Shown here in pieces: positions 1-9,898 of a stretch of DNA of 64,000 nucleotides. Source of the DNA: Bacteroidota bacterium (GTDB lineage Bacteria > Bacteroidota > Bacteroidia > Palsa-965). A model generated the notes under the pieces. The model had not been told where the DNA came from, did not search any database, and saw only the letters and a program-made list of their open reading frames with translations. The stretch covers positions 31,223-95,222 of the forward strand of contig JABDAO010000001.1 in the NCBI GenBank assembly GCA_013289095.1, written 5' to 3'. Each line of letters begins with the position of its first letter. Position 1 is the first letter of the stretch. The translations under genes were made by a program, and so were the position numbers.

Positions 1-833
1 CCATTGACGAGCACGGAATAAAAAATATCGCAGCTTCCATACCCGCGCCGGGTAGGTCCGTAATCCAGCTCACTTCGTCCTTCCGAACAGGCGGCAAAGA
101 ACATGATCTTTCCATCGGCCGAGAATGCCGGGGCACCTTCGTTGTAAGGGGTATTCACTTCACTCACCGGCAGCGCCGGCTGCCAAACGCTGTCCTTTTT
201 CTCGCTGCAATAAAAATCTTCCTGCGAATCTGATCCCGAAGTCCTGAAATTTCGTGTGAACAGGAACTTCTTTCCATCCACGGTGATGGCCGGAAAATAT
301 TCATGGGCCTTTGTATTGATGTTTGGCCCCATGTTCACCGGTTTAAAATCAACCGGGTGCTGCATGGCATCAATGGCAAACTTGCAATTGATCAGGTTTT
401 TTCGGGCAACCAATTCCATATCGGGATCGAGGTATGGGGCCGACAGGTATTTTTCGAAATGAGTCTTGCTGTCTTCATAGTGCCCCCTTTTCAACTCGAT
501 ATTTGCACAGGCATAAAAAGATTCCCAGTGAGGCCGGGGGTTATGTTCAAAAACCTTTTTGTATTGTTCGATGGCTTTGTCAAATTCCCGGTGGTCCACA
601 AAAATATTTGCCCGGAGTTCATATACTTCCGAAAAATCGGGGTCTTTTTTCTCTGCCTCATCGAGCAGTCCGAGGGCATCTTTGTCGTTTCCTGTTTTGT
701 AATCCTTTAAGGCATTTTCAAAGTAGTGGATCGCCTTTTCATTCATGGTCGAATACTTGCCTGGAAGCGCTGTCTGCGCATAGGAAGAAAGAAAGAGAAA
801 GAGAAAGAGAAAGAGAAAACCATTTTTCTTCAT
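1..833 (-). CDS. TPR + PD40 (TolB-like propeller) envelope protein, PorE/OmpA-family architecture; 3' end lies outside the window
   Basis: Not in the ORF track. Manual translation from ATG at 833 gives MKKNGFLFLFLFLFLSSYAQ (signal peptide), TPR-like helices, then PVNMGPNINTKAHEYFPAITVDG and VNTPYNEGAPAFSADG (PD40-like repeats). The frame stays open to the window edge. Confidence 0.8.
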   Translation of the reverse strand, partial: MKKNGFLFLFLFLFLSSYAQTALPGKYSTMNEKAIHYFENALKDYKTGNDKDALGLLDEAEKKDPDFSEVYELRANIFVDHREFDKAIEQYKKVFEHNPRPHWESFYACANIELKRGHYEDSKTHFEKYLSAPYLDPDMELVARKNLINCKFAIDAMQHPVDFKPVNMGPNINTKAHEYFPAITVDGKKFLFTRNFRTSGSDSQEDFYCSEKKDSVWQPALPVSEVNTPYNEGAPAFSADGKIMFFAACSEGRSELDYGPTRRGYGSCDIFYSVLVN

Positions 834-879
834 AAAAGCTTGGATTTGAAAAATAAAATGACAAAAACCGGATCCTGGT

Positions 880-1524
880 CTAAGGAATATGCATGTATTT
901 ATGGGTCTGCAAAGAAACATTCCATTTCGGGTGGTTCATGACATATTCAACAATAATCGGCATCATTTCGGCGGCCTTGCTCCACTCTGGCTGCAAGAAA
1001 AGTTTGCATCCCGTCCGTACGAGCGCAGCATACGTCTCGCCCCATTCCAGGTCGTGTTTGTTGTGTACAATCACTTTGAGCTCATCGGCCTTCTGAAGAC
1101 ATTCAGGCAGCGGAGCGGAGGTCTTTTTGGGAGAAAGACAGATCCAATCCCAGGTTCCTGTTATCGGATAGGCGCCTGATGTTTCGAGGAATGTTGCAAT
1201 GCCCTTTTTCTTTAATCCTTCGGTGAGGCATTGCAAGGGGTACATGGCAGGTTCTCCACCGGTCACCACCACCGCCTTGGCAGGATAGGCTGCTGCATGT
1301 GCAATGATTTCATCTACGGCAGTGGGCGGGTGCAGAGCCGCATCCCAGCTTTCTTTCACGTCGCACCAATGGCAACCTACATCACATCCTCCTACGCGGA
1401 TAAAATAGGCGGCTTTGCCCGAATGGTAGCCTTCGCCCTGTATCGTATAAAACTCTTCCATCAATGGGAGCACGCTTCCATCGGGAGGTATGATCGTTTT
1501 CTTTTCTTTCACAGTAGTTGTCAT
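880..1524 (-). CDS. queE: 7-carboxy-7-deazaguanine synthase (radical SAM)
   Basis: EEFYTIQGEG, CDVGCHWCD (CxxxCxxC), VVTGGEP, SLQTHK C-terminus. Confidence 0.93.
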   Translation of the reverse strand: MTTTVKEKKTIIPPDGSVLPLMEEFYTIQGEGYHSGKAAYFIRVGGCDVGCHWCDVKESWDAALHPPTAVDEIIAHAAAYPAKAVVVTGGEPAMYPLQCLTEGLKKKGIATFLETSGAYPITGTWDWICLSPKKTSAPLPECLQKADELKVIVHNKHDLEWGETYAALVRTGCKLFLQPEWSKAAEMMPIIVEYVMNHPKWNVSLQTHKYMHIP

Positions 1525-2726
1525 TCCGTTCGGTTCAATTCATTCCAGGCCGTCCAGGCCATAAGCCCCATTCCGACGGCCAGTGCATTTTCATCGATGT
1601 CAAACGTATCTGTATGCACACCCGATGTAATGCCTTTTGATTTATTTCCGGTACCCAGTCTGTAAAAACAGGCAGGAACGTGGTGCGAATAAAAGGCAAA
1701 GTCTTCGCCGGTCATACGGAGCGGAAGCTCTTCCACATTTTCCTCGCCCAGGTATTGTTGTGCATACCCGATTGCCCTGGCTGTCGTTGCTTCATCGTTT
1801 GCCAGATATGGATAGCCTGCCCTGACCTCGAAGATACAGGCTCCTCCCCGCTTCATAGCTATTGTTTCGGCTATGGACACCATTTTCGAGTGGGCTTCCT
1901 TCCTCCAGGCTTCGTTCATCGTCCTGAACGTACCTTCAATCTTTACCTCAGCCGGAATGACATTGGTGGCGCCATTGGCAATAAACCTGCCAAACGCAAG
2001 AACAGAGGGGGCCGGGATATCCTTTCCAAATACATCTTGGAGCGTGCTTACTATTTCGGCTGCAATTAGAATCGGGTTATTATAATCAGCAGGCATAGCG
2101 GCGTGACCGCCTTTGCCTACGACAGTAACATAGAGCTCATCTGTCGAGGCCATATACATACCTTTACGGAAACCCACCTTACCTGTTTCCATAGAAGGGA
2201 AAACATGCTGGGCAATAATGGAGGCCGGTACCGGATTTTCGAGAACTCCGGCCTTGATCATCAGCGATGCACCACCCGGAAGTTTTTCCTCTCCCGGTTG
2301 AAAAATAAGACGTACCGTTCCTTCAAAGCTCTCCCTTAATTCCTGAAGAATGCGTGCAGCGCCGAGCAAGGAGGCGGTATGAACGTCATGACCGCAAGCA
2401 TGCATCACCCCCGGGTTTACGGAGCAATAATCAAGGTTGTTTTTTTCCAGAATAGGCAGGGCATCCAGATCGGCACGGAGTGCGATGGTCCGAACATCCG
2501 GATTACGTCCTTTGATTTCGGCCACAATACCGGTCTCTACAATACCTGTTTGAAAGGAGATGCCATAGCCTGTCAGTATGGACGCAACATAGGCTGCTGT
2601 TTTATACTCCTCGAACGAAAGTTCGGGATGGCGATGCAGGTGCCGTCTGACAACAATAAGTTCGGGAAGAAGTTGTGAAGCACGTTGCCGGATGGCGGAG
2701 AGTATCTGTTCCACGTTATTTTCCAA
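1521..2726 (-). CDS. M20 family amidohydrolase
   Basis: RRHLHRHPELSFEE, RADLDALP, MHACGHD, FQPGEE, GEDFAFY motifs. Confidence 0.92.
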   Translation of the reverse strand: MENNVEQILSAIRQRASQLLPELIVVRRHLHRHPELSFEEYKTAAYVASILTGYGISFQTGIVETGIVAEIKGRNPDVRTIALRADLDALPILEKNNLDYCSVNPGVMHACGHDVHTASLLGAARILQELRESFEGTVRLIFQPGEEKLPGGASLMIKAGVLENPVPASIIAQHVFPSMETGKVGFRKGMYMASTDELYVTVVGKGGHAAMPADYNNPILIAAEIVSTLQDVFGKDIPAPSVLAFGRFIANGATNVIPAEVKIEGTFRTMNEAWRKEAHSKMVSIAETIAMKRGGACIFEVRAGYPYLANDEATTARAIGYAQQYLGEENVEELPLRMTGEDFAFYSHHVPACFYRLGTGNKSKGITSGVHTDTFDIDENALAVGMGLMAWTAWNELNRTE

Positions 2727-3099
2727 AAAACATTTTCAGGCTTACGAGCAGCAAGAAGGAGGCAAACACTTTCTTCACTGTTTGCTGATCGAGCGAGATG
2801 CTGATCTTCGATCCGATATAGCCTCCAACTACAAAAGTCGCCGCAATAACAAGCGTAGAAGGAATGTTCACATACCCTCCCTTATAATAATTCATGACCG
2901 CCAAAAAACCTGCAGGAAGGAGCAATACAGCCAGTGAAGTTCCCTGTGCATTGAGCTGCGAATAACCCAGAAAAAGCACCAGGGCAGGAACAATGATAAG
3001 GCCCCCGCCAATTCCAACCATTCCGCTCAGGATGCCCGAAGCAAGACCGATAAGCAGCAGGAGCAAGAGAGAAGTAGTATCCATAGCACGTTTTTTCAT
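2716..3099 (-). CDS. Half-size TauE/SafE (TSUP) family membrane protein
   Basis: GILSGMVGIGGGLIIVPALV and AQGTSLA motifs, about 4 TM segments; start is ATG 3099 or 3084. Confidence 0.85.
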   Translation of the reverse strand: MKKRAMDTTSLLLLLLIGLASGILSGMVGIGGGLIIVPALVLFLGYSQLNAQGTSLAVLLLPAGFLAVMNYYKGGYVNIPSTLVIAATFVVGGYIGSKISISLDQQTVKKVFASFLLLVSLKMFFGK

Positions 3100-3113
3100 C
3101 GTCTGAAGGCGGA

Positions 3114-6100
3114 TCAAAAATCCTGTGAAAGCGATAAGTAGGTAATGCGTGGAAGGACCACACCATCCTCCACACCCCGTGCAAAGTCAAGTCTTACGAA
3201 ATAACCAAAGATGCGTGTCCGGAACCCGATTCCAAAACCTTCAACAATGGGGTTCTCATGGTTTTGGATCGTCACGGTGATGGGCATACCGGCATTTCCG
3301 CCAACAATGGTGGTATTGAGTGAGTTTTCGGCCGAATAGGGCGAAGCCCCGTTCCAGGCTGTTCCCGCATCGGCAAAAAGGATGACCTGGAAATTATTGA
3401 TGAAATCAGAACGGATCGGGCGGCTGATGAGGTATTTAAAAATAGGCCAGCGGATTTCTTCGTTCAAAAGCACATAGGAATTCCCGTTCCGGATGTTCTG
3501 ATAAAAACCGCGCATGGGTGTGGCAACGGTCTGAAAACCATAGTTCTGATCATCCGCAATCCGAACCGAGTGATCAAACTGAGGGTTGAACCAATTGTCG
3601 ACCCCACCCATGTAATAGATCAGTTTTTCGGCCCCGGTCGAAGTGCTTCCCGAAAGACGGCTGGCCCAGATCAGATCGCGGTGTATCTTTTGATAATACC
3701 TGAAATCGGCCCCGATCACGGTCATATCCGTTGCTTTGGCATCCACTTGTTTATAATATTCATAAAATATCTTAAAGCGCAAACCGTTATAGAGGTTCAG
3801 ACCTTTGTTCAGTGTATTGTCGAATACATAGGTCAGGTTACCGATGGCCCAGTTATCGTATTCCTGCGGACGGGTCAGACTGATGTCATCCGACGCAAGA
3901 TAGACCGTCTGATCGTTTCGGTAGGTAAGGCTGCCCTGTATCCTGCTTACTTCGCTGAATGGCCAGCGCAGGCGATAGATGGCTTCGTTGGTGTGAATCT
4001 TGATCAGGGAGCCATCGTCGGCGGTGACATCAAGCAGGGATTCGCGGTGAAAGACAAATTGTTTATCCAGTCGATTTGTCCTGTCGTCGTAGCTCAGGAT
4101 ATACTCGTTGCTGCTAAGATCGCCGGCAATACGCACTCCCCCTACAATCTTATGATCCTCGAGCAGATCGGTCATGCCAATTTTAAACAACCCGTCAATG
4201 CCGGGGTTGGTATACACCGGGCTGCCCCCCCCACTGAATTTCTGATAGCTTGCATTCAGAAAACTGTTATCAAGCTGTGTCACCACATATTCGGTGGTAT
4301 ACTGGATTTTATAGTTACGCTGAAGCGGGAGGATAAAATCATCTTTCGGCAAGAGGTGTTTGATTGAATCACGGCGGGCCGAGGTATCTTTTACCATTTC
4401 CGGATTTTTTAAGACGAGGCCGGGAGAGGTATCCTTTTTCTTCGTTTTATCAAAGTTGTAATTATTGATATTTACATTGCTTGTATCTTTCGAAGGCCCG
4501 TATTCGGTTACGTGTACAGTAACCTTCTCCATACCTCCCGCAGGTTTGGAAGGCGCCGGGGCTTCTGCTTTGGCGGCGTTTTTCTTGGCAGCAGCCGAGT
4601 CGGCCGAACTGGTGACTTTAGGCACCCGGAGGCTTTCATTGCGGAAAGGGGTTGTCTTGAGTTTCAGCCCTGCCGGTGGGAATGTCTGCTCATCAATGGG
4701 GCGTATATACATATGGTACTTCCCGTTTGAAAAAACCACTTCTGCATATTTGCCTGCTTTCAGGCTGACATCCTGTTCGATGATATTCCGCCGGTAGTTG
4801 GTTACCGGAACAGAGCTTACAAAATAATTGTAATGAGCTGCCGTATCGACATACGCAATGGTGCTGTCGAAATGCCCTACATACCGGTTCATCACCCCGT
4901 TCGCATCACTCAGGTAGGTGAACCGCTCTCCGTCAAAATCGGAGGGCATGACCTCATTTATTTTTGGCGTACGGGTAACACGGTAAAGTACGTTCGATTT
5001 TGTTTTGGTATTGTAGATAAACAGATCGGTAAAATGGCTCAGGTTGGTTTTGGGATCCTCCATATTACCCCGCAGGGTATCATTTACCCGGTTGGAAGAA
5101 AAAATGATCTGGGTTGATTTATTGATAAAGCGTGGATGCAGGTCGTCATAAATATCCTTGGTGATCTGTTCTGAATTATTTCCGGCAATGGAATAAATAT
5201 AAATATCACTTTGTCCCTTTTGCATGGCCGACATAACCATTTTCTTGCCCTCGTCATCGTATGACATATCGAGCACCTTATCGAAATTGTCGAGGGGCCG
5301 GCTTTCCTTTTCCCCGGTTTCGAGGGTGTAAAAGGTCAGAAAGGTACGGCCGTTTACTTCAGACACATAGGCAAACAGTTTGCCCGAAGGGTGCCAGGCG
5401 ATGATGGGGTAAGTGTAATCATTGATCCGATCGAGCTTGTGCCCGTATTTGAGGATCCTTTTCTTTTTTCCCTTTTCAATATCATAGAGCCAGAATTTCA
5501 CCTTACCCATTTCGTTGGTGACATAGGTGTAATATTTTCCATCAGGACTCAGTTTTAACTGACTGTAAACCCTGGCTGCTTTCACCTTTTTGGGTCTGAG
5601 CAGTTCGGGATCTTTGGGTTGAACCGCGGTGGTATCCGAATATTTGTACCGGTCGGAATAGTAGTTGATCCAGTCGGCAGTCAGGTTCTTGGTCGACACT
5701 CCGAGCACAAAAAGGAATGAGCTCTCGATATTGCGGCTCACCTTGGTCATGTACAGAATATTTGAGACCACGCCTTCACCATAGGTTTCCACAATGTAGT
5801 TCCAGATACTTTGCCCGGCTAGCGTTGCATCATCGCCTGTGAGACGATTGAATATTTTATACCTGCCGCTCAAAATACCATCCTTCACCCTGTTATCCAC
5901 ATCGGTATTCCACTTGCGGGAGGAATAAGCAATGAAGCCTTTTGTATACCACTCAGGCAGATTGAGCAGGGTCGAATTTTTGAGCATATCTTTCAAGGCG
6001 CCTCCGTACATCATATCGTTAAACAAGACTTCGCTGATCCCAGCCTTGATCTGCTCATCAAGCTTGACGTGATCTCCATCGAAATAAACGAACACTTTAC

Positions 6101-6488
6101 GGCCCACAATATGGGTTACACCGCCCACATTCGCTTGCCCGTCGCCTTCCAGGCCTATATTGCTTTGCCGGTATTCTTCGTATTTATTGTAAATGATGAA
6201 CTGGATCTTCTCTTCGGTGGAATGGTCCATAAACTTTTCGACCTCGTCCAGGTATTTCTTCGCTGCATGAGCCGTATAGATTGCAACCTCTCTTCCGCCT
6301 ACGTTGAAATAGGTTTCGAACCGATCGAATTTATAAACCGACCAGATAAAATCTTTGAACTGTAACCTGTTCTTTCCAAAATCCTGCTGGGAACCACTGT
6401 AAAACTGGGCATGAATAAAAGAGGAAGAAAAAAGCAAGAGAAACAGGAACAGGCGGGAAGGTGCGCTTTTTTTAGGATGAAAAATCAT
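3114..6488 (-). CDS. Large outer-membrane protein: N-terminal FGKNR domain, PD40/TolB-like propeller, C-terminal Omp85/BamA-like barrel
   Basis: Signal peptide ending IHA-Q, FGKNRLQF, propeller repeats, MRGF motif, terminal aromatic residue (SLSQDF). Start is uncertain (6488 or 6524). Confidence 0.75.
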   Translation of the reverse strand: MIFHPKKSAPSRLFLFLLLFSSSFIHAQFYSGSQQDFGKNRLQFKDFIWSVYKFDRFETYFNVGGREVAIYTAHAAKKYLDEVEKFMDHSTEEKIQFIIYNKYEEYRQSNIGLEGDGQANVGGVTHIVGRKVFVYFDGDHVKLDEQIKAGISEVLFNDMMYGGALKDMLKNSTLLNLPEWYTKGFIAYSSRKWNTDVDNRVKDGILSGRYKIFNRLTGDDATLAGQSIWNYIVETYGEGVVSNILYMTKVSRNIESSFLFVLGVSTKNLTADWINYYSDRYKYSDTTAVQPKDPELLRPKKVKAARVYSQLKLSPDGKYYTYVTNEMGKVKFWLYDIEKGKKKRILKYGHKLDRINDYTYPIIAWHPSGKLFAYVSEVNGRTFLTFYTLETGEKESRPLDNFDKVLDMSYDDEGKKMVMSAMQKGQSDIYIYSIAGNNSEQITKDIYDDLHPRFINKSTQIIFSSNRVNDTLRGNMEDPKTNLSHFTDLFIYNTKTKSNVLYRVTRTPKINEVMPSDFDGERFTYLSDANGVMNRYVGHFDSTIAYVDTAAHYNYFVSSVPVTNYRRNIIEQDVSLKAGKYAEVVFSNGKYHMYIRPIDEQTFPPAGLKLKTTPFRNESLRVPKVTSSADSAAAKKNAAKAEAPAPSKPAGGMEKVTVHVTEYGPSKDTSNVNINNYNFDKTKKKDTSPGLVLKNPEMVKDTSARRDSIKHLLPKDDFILPLQRNYKIQYTTEYVVTQLDNSFLNASYQKFSGGGSPVYTNPGIDGLFKIGMTDLLEDHKIVGGVRIAGDLSSNEYILSYDDRTNRLDKQFVFHRESLLDVTADDGSLIKIHTNEAIYRLRWPFSEVSRIQGSLTYRNDQTVYLASDDISLTRPQEYDNWAIGNLTYVFDNTLNKGLNLYNGLRFKIFYEYYKQVDAKATDMTVIGADFRYYQKIHRDLIWASRLSGSTSTGAEKLIYYMGGVDNWFNPQFDHSVRIADDQNYGFQTVATPMRGFYQNIRNGNSYVLLNEEIRWPIFKYLISRPIRSDFINNFQVILFADAGTAWNGASPYSAENSLNTTIVGGNAGMPITVTIQNHENPIVEGFGIGFRTRIFGYFVRLDFARGVEDGVVLPRITYLSLSQDF

Positions 6489-6698
6489 GGAAAGAGATGT
6501 GTACTGAATGCGAATGCGTTGCATACTCCCGATTTGAATTTCCTGTTTAGATTTCAAGAAAGCTAATTTACGGATGTTTGCCAGATTATCTCCTAATATC
6601 TGGCTAGAAAACATGTATTCCAGCCGATTGGGGAGAGATCGTCAAGCCCTGACCATGCCTCCCCTCGTCAACAAACACCGGGTGCCGAAACAATTCGT

Positions 6699-6706
6699 TA
6701 TTTTTG
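6699..6706 (+). promoter_or_regulatory. Bacteroidota -7 promoter element (TATTTTTG)
   Basis: Matches TAnnTTTG just upstream of the MBL hydrolase ATG. Confidence 0.55.
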
Positions 6707-6722
6707 CGGCAAAACCGGTAAA

Positions 6723-7364
6723 ATGATAGCAATTCACTCCTTTTGTTTTTGTCCATTCCAGGAAAACACCTATATCCTTTCTGATGATACAAAGGCATGT
6801 ATTGTGATAGACCCAGGCTGTTATGACGACCGGGAGCTGAATGAACTGACGGAATACATCCATTCCAGGGGCCTCATCCCCACCCATCTGCTCAATACCC
6901 ATTGTCATATCGACCATGTTTTTGGCAATAAATTTGTGGCTGATCAGTATAAACTGGATCTGTCTATACACCGGAAAGACCTTACTACACTCGGATCATT
7001 GATGCAGGTGGCTGCCATCTATCAACTCAATGCCGAACCTTCGCCTCAACCCACGCATTTCCTGGACGAAGGCGACCGGGTACAATTTGGCGACAGCGTT
7101 CTGGATATTGTCTTTACCCCGGGCCATTCGCCCGGAAGCATTTGTTTTATCAGCCATGCTCAAAAATTTGTGATCGGGGGCGATGTGCTCTTCCGCGAAA
7201 GCATCGGCCGTACCGATCTTCCGGGCGGGAAACATGCCGATCTGATCAACAGCATCCGACAAAAACTCTTTACTCTGGGAGATGACTATACGGTCTACTC
7301 AGGCCATGGGCCAGCCACGACAATCGGTCATGAGAAAAAGCACAATCCGTTTTTAAAAGCGTAG
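6723..7364 (+). CDS. MBL-fold metallohydrolase (glyoxalase II-like)
   Basis: THCHIDH, TPGHSPGS, GDVLF, SIGRTDLPGG, GHG. Confidence 0.92.
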   Translation: MIAIHSFCFCPFQENTYILSDDTKACIVIDPGCYDDRELNELTEYIHSRGLIPTHLLNTHCHIDHVFGNKFVADQYKLDLSIHRKDLTTLGSLMQVAAIYQLNAEPSPQPTHFLDEGDRVQFGDSVLDIVFTPGHSPGSICFISHAQKFVIGGDVLFRESIGRTDLPGGKHADLINSIRQKLFTLGDDYTVYSGHGPATTIGHEKKHNPFLKA

Positions 7365-7403
7365 GCATTAAAAGGCACGGCGGCCCGATCGAATTGATCT
7401 TGT

Positions 7404-8483
7404 TCAGGCAGGAATCGTCTTCATTTCCTGTAGGCTTTTCAGGCCTTTTTCCAATTCGGCTGCGAATTTCAGAATTTCATCACCCGTATGCTGCCCCATG
7501 ATAGCTATCTGAAGCTGGTTCCTCACCTTGAGGTAACCGCTGTTGTAACTGGTTTCAATCCCGGCCTTTTTAATCAGATCACCCAGTTCGGAAGCATTGA
7601 TCCCCTTTCCGGGAATGATGGTAGTAATATGCGAGTAAAAACGGTAGTCTTGATTGACAACCGTGATGTCTTTTATTTTCAGCACTTTTTCGAGCAACAG
7701 TTTCGAAAGCTCTTCCACCTTCTCAGTCTGGCTTTGACGGAGCGAGTACTCAACGGCCTTGTTCAGGGCCATGACCAGGTTTGAGGAAATGGTGAAGGGA
7801 ATACCTCCGTTTTTAAAGTAATGCCCCAGATCAAGATAGGAAGGAATGGCGGGGTTGGGTTCGAGTTCGGAACGGGTAAATACAATGGCTATACCTGCAA
7901 ACGAGGCCAGGCCCTTCCCGCTCGAACAGGTGGCCATAAAAATATCTTCCAGCCTAAGCGGGATATTCCCGATGGTGCTCATCGCATCGACACATACATT
8001 TATCCGGTATTTATTACCGAGTGCGCAGAGTGCGTCAAGATCGGCAACACATCCTGTTGACGATTCACAATGTGTAAAGAGCATCCAGCCTATTTCCGTT
8101 GCCTGTTTCAAAACATTTTCCACCAGGGCCAGATCATGTTCCTGCCCCCATTCTTTGCGGCAGACCTCAAAATCGGCCCCTTGTTTTTCGGCTTGCTGGA
8201 TCAGGCGGTTTCCAAACTCTCCGTTGGTGAGGATCAGGCCTTTTTTACCCGAATGCTTGAGTTGGGCAATCATGGCCTCGTTGGCCAGGGTGCCCGAACC
8301 GGTCATAAAAACAACGTGTTTGGCGCCGGTGGAGCTACAGATTTTATGCTCCAGATTTTTAAAGGCTGCGACAAAATCATCGGCACGGTGAGATACCGGC
8401 ATACGCCCGAATATTTCCCTGACATCGGGAGGAATAAAAATGGGTCCGGTGGTAAGGTTAATCGATTCTGAATTTTTCTGCAT
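7404..8483 (-). CDS. Class V PLP-dependent aminotransferase-fold enzyme
   Basis: TGP..P, SHR, GSGTLANEA, NGEFG, HCESSTG, VDAMS, SSGKG (PLP lysine); ATG at 8483. Confidence 0.88.
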   Translation of the reverse strand: MQKNSESINLTTGPIFIPPDVREIFGRMPVSHRADDFVAAFKNLEHKICSSTGAKHVVFMTGSGTLANEAMIAQLKHSGKKGLILTNGEFGNRLIQQAEKQGADFEVCRKEWGQEHDLALVENVLKQATEIGWMLFTHCESSTGCVADLDALCALGNKYRINVCVDAMSTIGNIPLRLEDIFMATCSSGKGLASFAGIAIVFTRSELEPNPAIPSYLDLGHYFKNGGIPFTISSNLVMALNKAVEYSLRQSQTEKVEELSKLLLEKVLKIKDITVVNQDYRFYSHITTIIPGKGINASELGDLIKKAGIETSYNSGYLKVRNQLQIAIMGQHTGDEILKFAAELEKGLKSLQEMKTIPA

Positions 8484-9003
8484 AACGCTCAATAAATTTA
8501 TTCACGTCGAGGTACATGGGTTGATAAAGGGCATCCTCTTTCCCGATGAGTTTATAAAACCCGCAGAACCCTATCTTTTCGTAGAGCTTAATCTGCCTGG
8601 TTGTACCCGATATCAGGACAAGATTGTATTCGAGGTCATACCCCCATTCCACGATTTTCTTTGCCAGCAAAAAGAACACCTTTCCTCCCCGGTTCGAAGG
8701 CTTCACCGAAAGAAGCCGGATCTCGAGGGCCTTCTGAAACGGAGGCAGGTGTTGTTCAATCTCAGGGATTTTAAGATCCAGAGAAAAAGGCCGCTGATCA
8801 TTGATGGCCACCATACCTATAAGCTCTCCCCGGCACATAGCCACGATATATTTGTTTTTCTCGTGGAGCTTGTCAATCAATATTTTTCGGCCATTTGACT
8901 CATGCTGAGGTATTTCCTCCACAAAAGTCTCATAATTTAGCTTATGGACCTGGGCTAATTCGTCTTCCGTTTCGGCAAACTTAACGGTAATCTGATCTTT
9001 CAT
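8458..9003 (-). CDS. GNAT-family acyltransferase
   Basis: LNYETFVEEIPQH, EIRLLSV..NRG, KLYEKIGF; overlaps the start of the PLP enzyme gene. Confidence 0.8.
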   Translation of the reverse strand: MKDQITVKFAETEDELAQVHKLNYETFVEEIPQHESNGRKILIDKLHEKNKYIVAMCRGELIGMVAINDQRPFSLDLKIPEIEQHLPPFQKALEIRLLSVKPSNRGGKVFFLLAKKIVEWGYDLEYNLVLISGTTRQIKLYEKIGFCGFYKLIGKEDALYQPMYLDVNKFIERYAEKFRID

Positions 9004-9117
9004 CTTCTAATATACTCTTTCTGAAACAGTAAATCAAACTGGGTCTGACTCTTGAATCTGATGATGGTTTAATAACTTTAATATCATCTTTTGCTTAAAC
9101 ACAAATATAGAAATTCT

Positions 9118-9336
9118 ATGAATAGTATAAAACCAGGACTTTACCGTCACTACAAAGGAAAAGACTACGAAATCATCGGAATCGCCCGGCACAGCGAAAC
9201 GCTGGAAGAGTTTGCGGTGTATAAAGCGCTCTATCAGACCGAAGGACAAAACCTCTGGATCAGACCCATACAAATGTTCTCAGATATGGTGAAGGTTGAA
9301 GGGGTTGAACAACCCCGGTTTCGGTTTCTGGGTTAA
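9118..9336 (+). CDS. DUF1653-family small protein
   Basis: PGLYRHYKGKDYEIIGIARHSETLEE..VYKALY..LWIRP..MF signature. Confidence 0.85.
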   Translation: MNSIKPGLYRHYKGKDYEIIGIARHSETLEEFAVYKALYQTEGQNLWIRPIQMFSDMVKVEGVEQPRFRFLG

Positions 9337-9418
9337 ACATGTGGCTTTACCTGGAAGCATGGGGCAGACCATCCGACGACGAGAACGAATTCTTTGAATG
9401 TGGGCATTTGCGCTGGTT

Positions 9419-9512
9419 GATAGAACGCGGATTATTAGGATGGTTATGATCTTTTAAGATTTCAGTGTAAATCATTTTTTATCATTGCAATCCTAATCAT
9501 TTGCGTTCTATC
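9419..9512. repeat. Small palindromic intergenic element
   Basis: GATAGAACGC...GCGTTCTATC terminal IR with inner ATTAGGAT/ATCCTAAT arms. Related remnants lie near 12745-12781 and 39092-39157. Confidence 0.65.
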
Positions 9513-9565
9513 CTTTAGTAGTATACCCCACTCTTTTGGCCCCTTTTTCACAAAGCCCACTACCA

Positions 9566-9898
9566 TTACCCCGCTTGCTCCTGGCTCCCCGGCTCTTTTG
9601 CATATCCGTTTATCTCCAACACAATGGCCTTGCCTATTTCATCCAGCCCGTCTTTAATTGTGAGCAATGCTCCAAGTCTCAACTGTTTTCCAAACCCTAC
9701 AGGCGCTTCCAGCACGCCAGGTATGACCACCTGTTCTCCCTGTAGAATCTCTTTTTTATATACCTCGAGCTGCAGTGTTGTGCAATAGCCCTTGGTATCG
9801 ATGATATAGACTTGGGGGCGATAGATGCCAAAAATGGGTTTCTTTCTGAAACTCTCAAAAAGAAGGGTAACCTTCAGAAGGCCTTTGGTATAGATCAT
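9566..9898 (-). CDS. Hypothetical protein
   Basis: 110-aa ORF whose ATG overlaps the kmo stop codon. Confidence 0.6.
   Translation of the reverse strand: MIYTKGLLKVTLLFESFRKKPIFGIYRPQVYIIDTKGYCTTLQLEVYKKEILQGEQVVIPGVLEAPVGFGKQLRLGALLTIKDGLDEIGKAIVLEINGYAKEPGSQEQAG

Noticed and set aside
880..1524. QueE as part of a 7-deazaguanine DNA-modification island
   Set aside because: No dpdA/tgt-like, folE, queD or queC neighbours; the context is housekeeping.
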